Assembly (NCBI GenBank): GCA_023254555.1
Contig: JALRLI010000001.1
Coordinates: 1 to 52,575 of the forward strand
DNA length: 52,575 nt
Source of the DNA: Microbacteriaceae bacterium
GTDB taxonomy: Bacteria > Actinomycetota > Actinomycetes > Actinomycetales > Microbacteriaceae
Reading direction: 5' to 3'
In this document: piece after piece, positions 7,395 to 15,203 of the stretch
Layout: the number at the start of each line of letters is the position of its first letter
Position numbering within the stretch: position 1 is the stretch's first letter
Program-made: the position numbers and the translations under genes
Notes under the pieces: generated by a model
Seen by the model: only the letters and a program-made list of their open reading frames with translations
Told to the model about the DNA's origin: nothing
Database searches by the model: none

Positions 7395-7817
7395 CTATGA
7401 AGCGCCGGTGTTTGTATTGGTGGACGGTGCGGGTGCGGGTGCGGGTGCGGGTGCCGGTGCTTGCTGTGTAGCAGAGCCAGTCGACGCAGACGAAGATCCG
7501 CTCCAGCTCGCTGAGCCGCTGCTGGCTGAGCCCCCTACCAGTGCTGCAGTGGCCTCCTCCATAGCCTTGATCTGACTGGTCAGGTCTGAGAGTTTGGTTT
7601 CGAGAGCGGTGATGGTCAGCTTATTCGCATTGATTTGCGCTTGCTCCGCGCTCGAAAACTGACTCGATTCTGCGGCTGCACTGTCCGAAGCGGTCGCTAG
7701 CGGGTCGTTATTTAAGGCCCAGCTCGTGGCGACGCCAAAGGTGCCGACCGCGATGGGCAACGCAACAAGAGCGGGCAACCAACGAAGCGCTTTCGAGGAG
7801 TCACGCTTAGTCGTCAT
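7395..7817 (-). CDS. Membrane-anchored coiled-coil protein with Ser/Gly-rich and (AP)n regions (paralog B)
   Basis: MTTKRDSSKALRWLPALVALPIAVGTFGVATSW (TM anchor), a heptad-like segment (QAQINANKLTITALETKLSDLTSQIKAMEEATAAL), an S/G-rich segment, (AP)6, ending STNTNTGAS. GAGGAG SD 7 nt before the ATG at 7817. Identical SD+ATG copies at 7838 and 7859 leave the start ambiguous. The 262-aa track ORF is trimmed. Confidence 0.55.
   Translation of the reverse strand: MTTKRDSSKALRWLPALVALPIAVGTFGVATSWALNNDPLATASDSAAAESSQFSSAEQAQINANKLTITALETKLSDLTSQIKAMEEATAALVGGSASSGSASWSGSSSASTGSATQQAPAPAPAPAPAPSTNTNTGAS
7426..7461. repeat. Hexanucleotide tandem repeat (GGTGCG)4 plus 2 variant units, encoding (AP)n of paralog B
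   Basis: Read directly: ggtgcg ggtgcg ggtgcg ggtgcg ggtgcc ggtgct. Confidence 0.9.
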
Positions 7818-8238
7818 CGTCGCGCTCCTCGTGATCATCGTCGCGCTCCTCGTGATCATCGTCATGTTCTTCGTGGTTATCGTCATCGTAGGATTGTGCA
7901 GGCGCTGGGGCCGGTGCTGGGGCAGGTGCGGCGGACGTGCCACCGGTAGCGCCAGCACCTGTCTGCGACCCTCCAGTGGAGACCGATCCCGATGAGGTTG
8001 AGCCTGAGTTGAGTGCCGCAATCGCCGCATCGTAGTTTGCTTGCGCCGCGGCGAGAGCGGCTTCTGCTTCAAGAATCTGTTGCTGTAACGAAGCAATTGC
8101 AGTGGTTTGTTCGCTGATAACCGTCTCGGCAACCTCTTTTGAGTCTGCTTCGGTAACTGCGAATGCAGCGACCCCCATACCACTCACAGCGGTGAGTGCT
8201 GCAGCACCGCTAATGATGATCTTAGTTGTGGTCTTCAT
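7807..8238 (-). CDS. Membrane-anchored coiled-coil protein with (AP)n and an acidic His-rich heptad tail (paralog A)
   Basis: 143 aa. MKTTTKIIISGAAALTAVSGMGVAAFAV (signal/anchor), a coiled-coil-like segment (IASLQQQILEAEAALAAAQANYDAAIAAL), S/G/T-rich, APAPAPAPAPA, and the tail QSYDDDNHEEHDDDHEERDDDHEERDDDD. Strong GGAGG SD 8 nt upstream. Confidence 0.7.
   Translation of the reverse strand: MKTTTKIIISGAAALTAVSGMGVAAFAVTEADSKEVAETVISEQTTAIASLQQQILEAEAALAAAQANYDAAIAALNSGSTSSGSVSTGGSQTGAGATGGTSAAPAPAPAPAPAQSYDDDNHEEHDDDHEERDDDHEERDDDD
7815..7877. repeat. 21-nt tandem repeat (2 perfect copies plus 1 degenerate) encoding HEERDDD heptads
   Basis: catcgtcgcgctcctcgtgat x2 (7815-7835, 7836-7856), then catcgtcatgttcttcgtggt. 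Each copy also carries an SD+ATG in the frame of paralog B. Confidence 0.85.
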
Positions 8239-8325
8239 GTTTTTCGCCTCCGATGTTCACTCTATGGAGGGAAGCTATGAAACGGCTGTGGAAGCGACGC
8301 CCGACACGTGGGGCGCATCCAGCCA

Positions 8326-9039
8326 CTATATTCCGGTTCCGCCGCCTATCAGCGCACCAATTCCCCAGGTGACTGCGAGTGCAAGGGCACCACCTATCGT
8401 CACGCGAATAATCGGTTTCAACATTGGGCTTCGACCCAGATAGGCGCCAAGGCCACCAGTGATTGCCAATGCCACGAGCGAGGCGATGACAGTGATTAGG
8501 ATTCTGACTTCTGCCGGAGAGAAGATTATGGCGAGCATCGGCAATACAGCACCCGCTAAGAAGGAAATTGCCGAGCTTATTGCTGCGTGCCAGGGGTTAG
8601 TGAGCTCTTCTTCTTTGATGCCCAATTCTGCCTCGAGGTGGGCTTTTATCGGGTCGATCGCTGTGAGCTCTTCGGCCACTTTCTGCGCCGTTGGCTCACT
8701 CAATCCTTTTTGTATATATATTTCTGCGAGTTCCTGCAGCTCAATTTCGGGCTGGCTCTGAAGTTCTAACTTCTCGCGTGCGATGAGTGCGGCTTCGCTG
8801 TCGCGCTGGCTGCTCACCGAAACATATTCGCCCAGTGCCATCGAGATTGAACCGGCCAGCACACCTGCGATGCCGGCAATCAGAATCGGAGTCACCTCTT
8901 GGGTAGCCGCGGCCACACCAACCAACAAAGCTGCGATTGACACAATTCCATCGTTTGCGCCGAGAACACCTGCACGAAGCCAATTCAATCTGGCAGCGAA
9001 TTGGGTGCGATGGGGTTCTGTGGGATTGACTGTGCTCAT
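8326..9039 (-). CDS. VIT1/CCC1-family Fe/Mn transporter
   Basis: 237 aa. LNWLRAGVLGANDGIVSIAALLVGVAAA, a central cytoplasmic helical domain rich in E (metal-binding domain), and C-terminal TM helices. Confidence 0.85.
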   Translation of the reverse strand: MSTVNPTEPHRTQFAARLNWLRAGVLGANDGIVSIAALLVGVAAATQEVTPILIAGIAGVLAGSISMALGEYVSVSSQRDSEAALIAREKLELQSQPEIELQELAEIYIQKGLSEPTAQKVAEELTAIDPIKAHLEAELGIKEEELTNPWHAAISSAISFLAGAVLPMLAIIFSPAEVRILITVIASLVALAITGGLGAYLGRSPMLKPIIRVTIGGALALAVTWGIGALIGGGTGI

Positions 9040-9108
9040 CTCTCCATCCTATGTATTTGAAAGGATGCGCTTGCACTTGCGCACCGAGTTGAACACACTT
9101 GAACAGAT

Positions 9109-10653
9109 ATGGCTACTCCCTCAGCACAGAACGTCACAGTACCCACCGAAGCGGGCTTTGTGCGTGGGGTTTCTGACGGCGTCACCACTCGCTGGCTGGG
9201 TGTGCCTTACGCTACGGCTCCAACCGGCGTGAAGCGATACACCTCGGCGCTGCCCGTTACGCATTGGGAGGGAACTCGTAACACCGCAATGTTCGGACCG
9301 AGCAGTTGGCAGCCTCGTACTCCGATGATTCGGCTACCCTCGCAGCACACGTTTTCGGAGCAGTGTCTGAATCTCAATATTTGGTCACCGGCAGACCGCG
9401 AGTCTGCGGAGCAGCTACCGGTGATGGTCTGGATTCACGGAGGGGCTTCGGTGATTGGTTCCTCTGCGCAGCCTGTTTATAACGGCACTGTGCTCAGTTC
9501 TGAGGGTAGAGCAGTTGTCGTGACGCTCAACTATCGCCTCGGCGTTCTTGGGGCTCTGAACTTCTCGCATCTGAATACGAAGACTCAAGCGTTCGAAAGC
9601 AATTTGGGGCTGAAAGACATCGTGACTGCGCTGGGATGGGTTCAGCGCAACATCACTTATTTCGGCGGCGACGCAGATCGTGTCACCCTGTTTGGCGAAT
9701 CTGCAGGCGCAGCGGCTATTACGTCGCTCATGACTGCGCCGCAAGCTCGAGACTTGTTTCACCGTGCAATCGTGCAAAGTGCGCCGGCTACAAGCGTCTA
9801 CGGGCAAGAACGCTCGACCCAAATTGCTGATGCGTATCTGCACCTCATGGACGTCAACCCTTCAGACGCGGCCCAGCTTCTGCTTGACTCCCCAGCAGAG
9901 TCTCTGGCCGAGTCCGCGATGCGGCTGATTTATTCAATTGCAGAGGCGGAGCCGGGGAGCCTCGCCTACGCGCCCGTCGTGGATGGTGATTTTTTACCCG
10001 ATTACCCGGTCGATGTCTTTCGGCGAGGCGAGCAAATGCGAATCCCCATGATTATTGGCACGAATCAGAATGAAGCAGCACTCTTCAAGCAGCTCAAATC
10101 ACCGGTGATGCCGGTAACCGCTGACGCCGTGAATCACATGCTCGAGAATATCTCGGCTGAAGGTTACGCGTCTGCCAACGCGATTTCGAGGGTTCGTGCA
10201 GCATATCCCGAGTTTCCAGCCGAGCGAGCGGCAATGCAAATATCAACGGACGCGGGCATCAGAATGCCGGCGGTCTGGCTGGCAAGCGCGCATTCGGCTG
10301 TGGCGGCAACGTATATGTACCGATTCGACCACTCAACACCAGTGCTGAAGGCCTTGGGCTACGGTGCCGCGCATGCAACAGAGCTCCCTTACGTGTTTGG
10401 CACAATCGATACGGTGCGGCGCTTGCCGGGGGCCGGTCTCATATGGCTCGGCGGTTTGAGCCAAGCGCGCGACGTGTCTCGTGAAATCAGACGCCGTTGG
10501 CTGAAATTTGCTGATGGTGACCTGAAGGATTGGCCCGCCTACGATACTGAGAAACGGTCAACGCAAATATTTGACAGGGGGGTCAGCAGCGTGAGCGATC
10601 CGGGAGCGACCACCAGAAACGCTTGGGGAGATGCCCCTATCAGTTTCCGTTGA
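9109..10653 (+). CDS. Type-B carboxylesterase/lipase
   Basis: 514 aa. VMVWIHGGA oxyanion region and the nucleophile elbow FGESAGAA. Confidence 0.9.
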   Translation: MATPSAQNVTVPTEAGFVRGVSDGVTTRWLGVPYATAPTGVKRYTSALPVTHWEGTRNTAMFGPSSWQPRTPMIRLPSQHTFSEQCLNLNIWSPADRESAEQLPVMVWIHGGASVIGSSAQPVYNGTVLSSEGRAVVVTLNYRLGVLGALNFSHLNTKTQAFESNLGLKDIVTALGWVQRNITYFGGDADRVTLFGESAGAAAITSLMTAPQARDLFHRAIVQSAPATSVYGQERSTQIADAYLHLMDVNPSDAAQLLLDSPAESLAESAMRLIYSIAEAEPGSLAYAPVVDGDFLPDYPVDVFRRGEQMRIPMIIGTNQNEAALFKQLKSPVMPVTADAVNHMLENISAEGYASANAISRVRAAYPEFPAERAAMQISTDAGIRMPAVWLASAHSAVAATYMYRFDHSTPVLKALGYGAAHATELPYVFGTIDTVRRLPGAGLIWLGGLSQARDVSREIRRRWLKFADGDLKDWPAYDTEKRSTQIFDRGVSSVSDPGATTRNAWGDAPISFR

Positions 10654-10665
10654 TATTCTCATTCC

Positions 10666-11277
10666 GTGAACGTTGAAACAATGCACCCCACCAAAGAGCG
10701 TCTGATTCAGACGGTATCCGCGATGCTTGACGCAGATGTTCAGCACGATGTCATTCTTGAGGATGTTCTCAATACCTCTGGTATCTCGCGAGGGTCGCTC
10801 TATCACCACTTCAGCGACTTCCCTGATCTCATCGAGCAGACTCTGTTGGTTCGTTTCTCGCACGGCGTGGATGAGACCACACAGTTGACGCGTGACATCG
10901 CGAACAAGGCGAAGACTGCTGACGAATTTTGGACGGGGATCGGCGAACTTATTGTGTACTCGCAGAGTCCGCTGAGAGCCAGAAGAAGGCAGGAACGCAC
11001 TCGCATTATCGGGCTCGCAGCAACAAGCGAGCGTCTCGCGAAAGCGCTCGCAGCTGAACAAGAGCGACTCACTGTTGAGATGACTGAAATCTACGCCGAG
11101 GTGCAAGCGAACGGCTGGGCTCGGCACGACCTTGATCCAAGAACTATTGCGGTGTTTACCCAGGCATACACTCTTGGTCGGGTAGTCGACGATATCTCTG
11201 AAGAGCATGTCAATTCAGGCGACTGGGACAAGCTGCTCAACATCGTTCTGAATACCTTCAAAAGCAACGCGACGTAG
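10666..11277 (+). CDS. TetR-family transcriptional regulator
   Basis: N-terminal HTH (LEDVLNTSGISRGSLYHHFSDFPDL). 203 aa. Confidence 0.85.
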   Translation: MNVETMHPTKERLIQTVSAMLDADVQHDVILEDVLNTSGISRGSLYHHFSDFPDLIEQTLLVRFSHGVDETTQLTRDIANKAKTADEFWTGIGELIVYSQSPLRARRRQERTRIIGLAATSERLAKALAAEQERLTVEMTEIYAEVQANGWARHDLDPRTIAVFTQAYTLGRVVDDISEEHVNSGDWDKLLNIVLNTFKSNAT

Positions 11278-11312
11278 TCCGCGAATTCTCGCGAAAGTTT
11301 TTCACTGAGGAG

Positions 11313-11385
11313 TGGGCCCGGTGGGACTCGAACCCACGACCCGCGGATTAAAAGTCCGATGCTCTACCAACTGAGCTACAGGCCC
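11313..11385 (-). tRNA. tRNA-Lys (anticodon UUU)
   Basis: Reverse complement GGGCCTGTAGCTCAGTTGGTAGAGCATCGGACTTTTAATCCGCGGGTCGTGGGTTCGAGTCCCACCGGGCCCA folds as a cloverleaf. Anticodon loop CT-TTT-AA, T-loop GGTTCGAGTCC. CCA is not encoded. Confidence 0.9.
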
Positions 11386-11489
11386 GATGCCAACAAAAAG
11401 CGGCCACCGGGTGACCGTTCTTGTACGTGAAAGTCTAGCAGGGCTAGCAGGGCGTAAATTACAGCGCGTCATCGAACACGGTCAGCACG

Positions 11490-12122
11490 ATGGGCTATCG
11501 TGAACGCATGAAACCCGTGCTCCGCGCATCCGCCCATTTCGAATGGGTGCAGGGTTCTGACGACCCTGAAGTGGCGCATCGCTTAGCGCACGACACAGCT
11601 TGGGCGTTGCTTGACCGAGTCAGGCATGTTGCTGATTCGCGGCTCGTTGAGCGGGTCATTTCGGTTGCGGATACAGATGCTATCGATGACATTGCTGAGC
11701 TGTGGGTTGACGCTTCTGAGCAGTCGCTGGCTGGCATGTTGTGGAGGCTCTACCTGATTCGTCAGGTCGTGCGCACGCACCCCGAAGAAACCACGACGCT
11801 GTTTCGTGCCGGATTCGAGCATGCGAAGTCGATCGATCCTGTTGTCGTCGGACTCGCCGCTCCTGCGCAACCTGAGAGTATGCGTGCGCTGACTGATGAG
11901 ATTCTGCGCGGGGTGTTCTCTGCAGATCTCGCCGACGCGCTCGAACGGGCATCCGCGTTCTGTAATTTGATGAGCCTAGGATGCGCAGCTGAAGCCGACA
12001 GTCGCGAAAACTTTGATTCATCTCACGCCACTGAGCTCACGACGCGGGCCCTCCGCTACTCGATGTTCGCAAACGAACTCGGCGCGGGTGCGCGGCTTTG
12101 GCGGGCTGGCAGGCTGCACTAG
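11490..12122 (+). CDS. Conserved hypothetical protein
   Basis: 210-aa ORF with coding-like composition. No motif that I recognise. Confidence 0.55.
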   Translation: MGYRERMKPVLRASAHFEWVQGSDDPEVAHRLAHDTAWALLDRVRHVADSRLVERVISVADTDAIDDIAELWVDASEQSLAGMLWRLYLIRQVVRTHPEETTTLFRAGFEHAKSIDPVVVGLAAPAQPESMRALTDEILRGVFSADLADALERASAFCNLMSLGCAAEADSRENFDSSHATELTTRALRYSMFANELGAGARLWRAGRLH

Positions 12123-12321
12123 TACACTGGATTCGCCTGGCCACAGTAACCCCGGGCTCCAAAATTTGCCGCTTCGAGCGGACCTTCGCCGAGAGGCGTT
12201 CTGTGGCCGGGCATTATTCTTTTTCGCGAAAGCAGCCGTTAACCTTCTGTTTAGATTTGCATCGTTTACTTAGGTTGACTCAGTTGAGTTTAGGTAAGAA
12301 AACCGTCGGCCCCGGCTGACA

Positions 12322-13287
12322 ATGAAAAGGAAGAAACACACAGTGTCTATTCGTACGTTCACAGCTTTCAGCGCAACCGCTGGAGCTGTATCTCTCGCTC
12401 TTCTGCTCTCCGCCTGTGGTGGTCAGCAGGCTCCTTCCGGTGAAGGACTCTCGGGCAGCGTAGCTGTCGACGGTTCGTCAACGGTTGCCCCTCTCGCTGA
12501 GGCAGCCGCAGGCCTCTACGCAGAGGTTGAACCTGAGGTTCAGGTGACCGTGGGCACTTCAGGAACCGGTGGCGGCTTCGAGAAGTTCTGTGCAGCCGAG
12601 ACTGATATCTCGACCGCATCACGCGAAATCAAAGATGAAGAAGCAGCTAAGTGTGCCGAGGCTGGTGTTGAGTTCACCGAAATCCTCATCGCTAATGATG
12701 GGCTTTCAGTCATCGTGAACCCAGAAAATACCTGGGCTAAAGACCTGACTGTTGCTCAGCTCGCTACCATCTGGGCTCCCGCGGCTGAGGGCAAGGTCAT
12801 GAGCTGGAAGGATGTTGATCCTTCATTCCCAGATGTGAAGATTGAGGCATTCGGCCCAGGTACTGATTCGGGAACATTCGACTTCTTTACCAAGGCAATC
12901 AATGGCGAAGAGGGTGCAAGCCGAACCGACTACAGCGCTTCAGAAGACGACAACGTCATCGTTCAGGGTGTTGCAGGAGCTAAGGGTGGCATCGGATACC
13001 TCGGCCTGAGCTACGCAGAACTGAATGCTCAGCAGGTGAAACTTGTTTCTGTGGATGGTGTGATGCCTTCGATCGAGACCGTTCAGGATGGAACGTACAC
13101 TCCCCTTGGTCGACCACTCTTCATCTACGTAAACAACGCGAATTTTACTGACAACAAGGCCGTCAAGGGCTTCGTTGAGTACTTCGTCGACAACGCCGAG
13201 TTGGCGGCTGAGGATGCACTCCTCGTTGGTCTGACAGCAGAACAGCTTCAGATTGCAAAAGACGAGCTCGCAGCTCTCGAGAAGTAA
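12322..13287 (+). CDS. pstS: Phosphate ABC transporter substrate-binding lipoprotein
   Basis: Lipobox LLLSACGG, VDGSSTVAPL, and a PstS-like sequence throughout. An alternative GTG start at 12343 has a better SD (AAGGAAG). Confidence 0.92.
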   Translation: MKRKKHTVSIRTFTAFSATAGAVSLALLLSACGGQQAPSGEGLSGSVAVDGSSTVAPLAEAAAGLYAEVEPEVQVTVGTSGTGGGFEKFCAAETDISTASREIKDEEAAKCAEAGVEFTEILIANDGLSVIVNPENTWAKDLTVAQLATIWAPAAEGKVMSWKDVDPSFPDVKIEAFGPGTDSGTFDFFTKAINGEEGASRTDYSASEDDNVIVQGVAGAKGGIGYLGLSYAELNAQQVKLVSVDGVMPSIETVQDGTYTPLGRPLFIYVNNANFTDNKAVKGFVEYFVDNAELAAEDALLVGLTAEQLQIAKDELAALEK

Positions 13288-13312
13288 ATAACTACTAGGT
13301 AGTCTTACTTAC

Positions 13313-14266
13313 ATGAGTACGCTTGCACCGTCCCGCGGATCGGCCTCAGGGTCGACCCGCGGGACGGGGTCATTAAAAACCAAAATTTCTAAGCCGGGAG
13401 AGCGCGTCGTTCTCATCGTGTTGCGACTAGCTGCGGCACTGACCGTGGTCATCACCATCGGGATTATCGTTGCTCTGCTTCTGCCTTCAATTCAGTTCTT
13501 CGCTGAGGTTCCAATTTTCGAGTTTCTGTTCGGCACTCGCTGGGCACCTCGCTTCGCGGATGCATCGTTTGGAGTCATTCCGCTCGTCACTGCAACTGCG
13601 TGGACGACGGGAATCGCTCTGCTGGTCGCTATCCCGCTTGGTCTCGGTGCAGCAATCTTTTTGTCTGAATATGCCCATCCAAATCTCCGCAAGACTCTGA
13701 AGCCAATTCTTGAGTTGCTCGCGGGTATCCCGACTGTTGTATTCGGTTTGTTCGCTCTGCAGTTCGTACAAGCTGTGGTGTTCAAGCAATGGCTCAACCT
13801 CGACACCGGTGCGTTTAGCGTTCTCGCCGCCGGTGTGGTGATGGGCGTGATGATTGTGCCAACTATCGCATCGATTAGTGAGGATGCAATGTCTGCAGTG
13901 CCCCAGTCAATGCGACAGGGTTCGGCTGCGCTCGGCGCAAACCGTATGCAAACTACCGTGAAGGTCGTTTTCCCGGCCGCACTGTCCGGAATCCTCGCAG
14001 CAATCGTGCTGGGTATTTCACGCGGTGTCGGTGAAACCATGATCGTTGCCATGGCTGCGGGCGGCCAAGCTCAAATCGTCACGAACCCACTCGATCAAGG
14101 CCAAACAATGACGGGATTCATTGCGAACGCGGCATTGGGTGACTCTCGTGTGGGTTCGATTGAATACAACACGCTGTTCGCAGTCGGCCTTCTGCTCTTC
14201 GTAATCACTCTCATCATTAACTACATCAGCATCCGTGTGGTTCGTAAGTTCAGGGAGGCGTACTAA
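13313..14266 (+). CDS. pstC: Phosphate ABC transporter permease
   Basis: 317 aa, multi-TM, with an EAA-like loop (SEDAMSAVPQSMRQGSAALGA). Confidence 0.92.
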   Translation: MSTLAPSRGSASGSTRGTGSLKTKISKPGERVVLIVLRLAAALTVVITIGIIVALLLPSIQFFAEVPIFEFLFGTRWAPRFADASFGVIPLVTATAWTTGIALLVAIPLGLGAAIFLSEYAHPNLRKTLKPILELLAGIPTVVFGLFALQFVQAVVFKQWLNLDTGAFSVLAAGVVMGVMIVPTIASISEDAMSAVPQSMRQGSAALGANRMQTTVKVVFPAALSGILAAIVLGISRGVGETMIVAMAAGGQAQIVTNPLDQGQTMTGFIANAALGDSRVGSIEYNTLFAVGLLLFVITLIINYISIRVVRKFREAY

Positions 14267-15180
14267 TGGCGTTCTCTAACATGAGTCTCGGCGGTCAGAT
14301 TCAGAAGGCGAGCTTGAAAGGTCGCGTTCGTGGGAGCGAGTCGAGCGCAAAATCAATTACCTTCCTCATTCTGCTGTGGCTCGGCTTGCTCATCGCGTTC
14401 TCGGTGCTCTTGGTTTTGATTGTCACCACGTTGCTTGACGGTTATACCCGTCTTGATGCACGGATTTTTACGAATTACCCTTCCGCCAACCCTGAAAAAG
14501 CTGGATTACGTCCGGCAATTTTGGGTTCGCTCTGGGTTATCGGCACGGTGGCGGTGCTTACCATTCCGCTTGGCGTCGCTGCGGCACTGCACTTGGAAGA
14601 GTTTGCGAACAAGCACAACCGATTCAACCGGTTCATCGAGCTGAACGTTCAGAACCTCGCGGCTGTGCCTTCGATCGTTTACGGTCTACTGGCGCTGGGA
14701 ACACTCACGCTCATCGGTGTGAAAGAGAAGAACATCGTTCTTGGTGGCGCTGTTGCACTTAGCATGCTGGTGCTCCCTGTGATTGTAATTTCTACGAGGG
14801 AAGCTCTGCGTGCCGTTCCAATGGAGATCCGTCAGGGTTCTCTGGCCTTGGGTGCAACACCCCTCCAGACTGCCTTCCGTCAAACTCTCCCATCAGCAGT
14901 GCCTGGTATCGCGACGGGCTCAATTTTGGCGCTCTCGCGTGCACTGGGTGAGGCCGCTCCGCTCCTCGTACTCGGCGCTCTCGTATTCGTTCGATTCGAC
15001 CCCAACGGGCTGCTCAGTGGGTACACGACCATGCCCATCCAAATCTTCAACTGGACGTCTAGGCCCCAACCTGAGTTTCACGTTCTCGCCGCTGCCGCAA
15101 GCATTGTCTTGCTCGCCATTCTTATCGCAATGAATGCAGTGGCAATCATCATTCGTAACCGTTACCAGCGTCGCTGGTAA
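14266..15180 (+). CDS. pstA: Phosphate ABC transporter permease
   Basis: 304 aa. [28 protein letters not shown] overlap with pstC. Confidence 0.92.
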   Translation: MAFSNMSLGGQIQKASLKGRVRGSESSAKSITFLILLWLGLLIAFSVLLVLIVTTLLDGYTRLDARIFTNYPSANPEKAGLRPAILGSLWVIGTVAVLTIPLGVAAALHLEEFANKHNRFNRFIELNVQNLAAVPSIVYGLLALGTLTLIGVKEKNIVLGGAVALSMLVLPVIVISTREALRAVPMEIRQGSLALGATPLQTAFRQTLPSAVPGIATGSILALSRALGEAAPLLVLGALVFVRFDPNGLLSGYTTMPIQIFNWTSRPQPEFHVLAAAASIVLLAILIAMNAVAIIIRNRYQRRW

Positions 15181-15203
15181 GAGAAAGCGCAAGGAAAACT
15201 GCA

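Noticed and set aside
7426-7935. Short tandem repeats as a possible CRISPR array or mobile-element end
   Set aside because: The units are 6 and 21 nt, are contiguous without spacers, and lie inside coding sequence where they translate into AP and HEERDDD repeats. No cas genes, transposase or terminal inverted repeats occur anywhere in the window.
7395-8183. 262-aa minus-strand ORF as a single gene
   Set aside because: Its first ~120 aa (R/P/Q/T-rich, e.g. RRLRHSTQAQPHRDRSPLEGRRQ) are the alternative frame of paralog A, which has a strong SD and a proper signal anchor. I trimmed it to the SD-preceded ATG at 7817, just before the TM anchor.
9040-9108. Possible yybP-ykoY (Mn) riboswitch or metallo-regulator box upstream of the VIT transporter
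   Set aside because: The divergent intergenic region is only 69 nt, too short for the riboswitch. I saw no convincing IdeR/MntR/Fur-like palindrome.
11401-11425. Hairpin CGGCCACC/GGTGACCG with flanking A- and T-runs next to tRNA-Lys
   Set aside because: The stem is imperfect and has almost no loop unless shortened to 5 bp. Its position, upstream of the tRNA on one strand and far from the TetR gene on the other, does not fit a terminator role.
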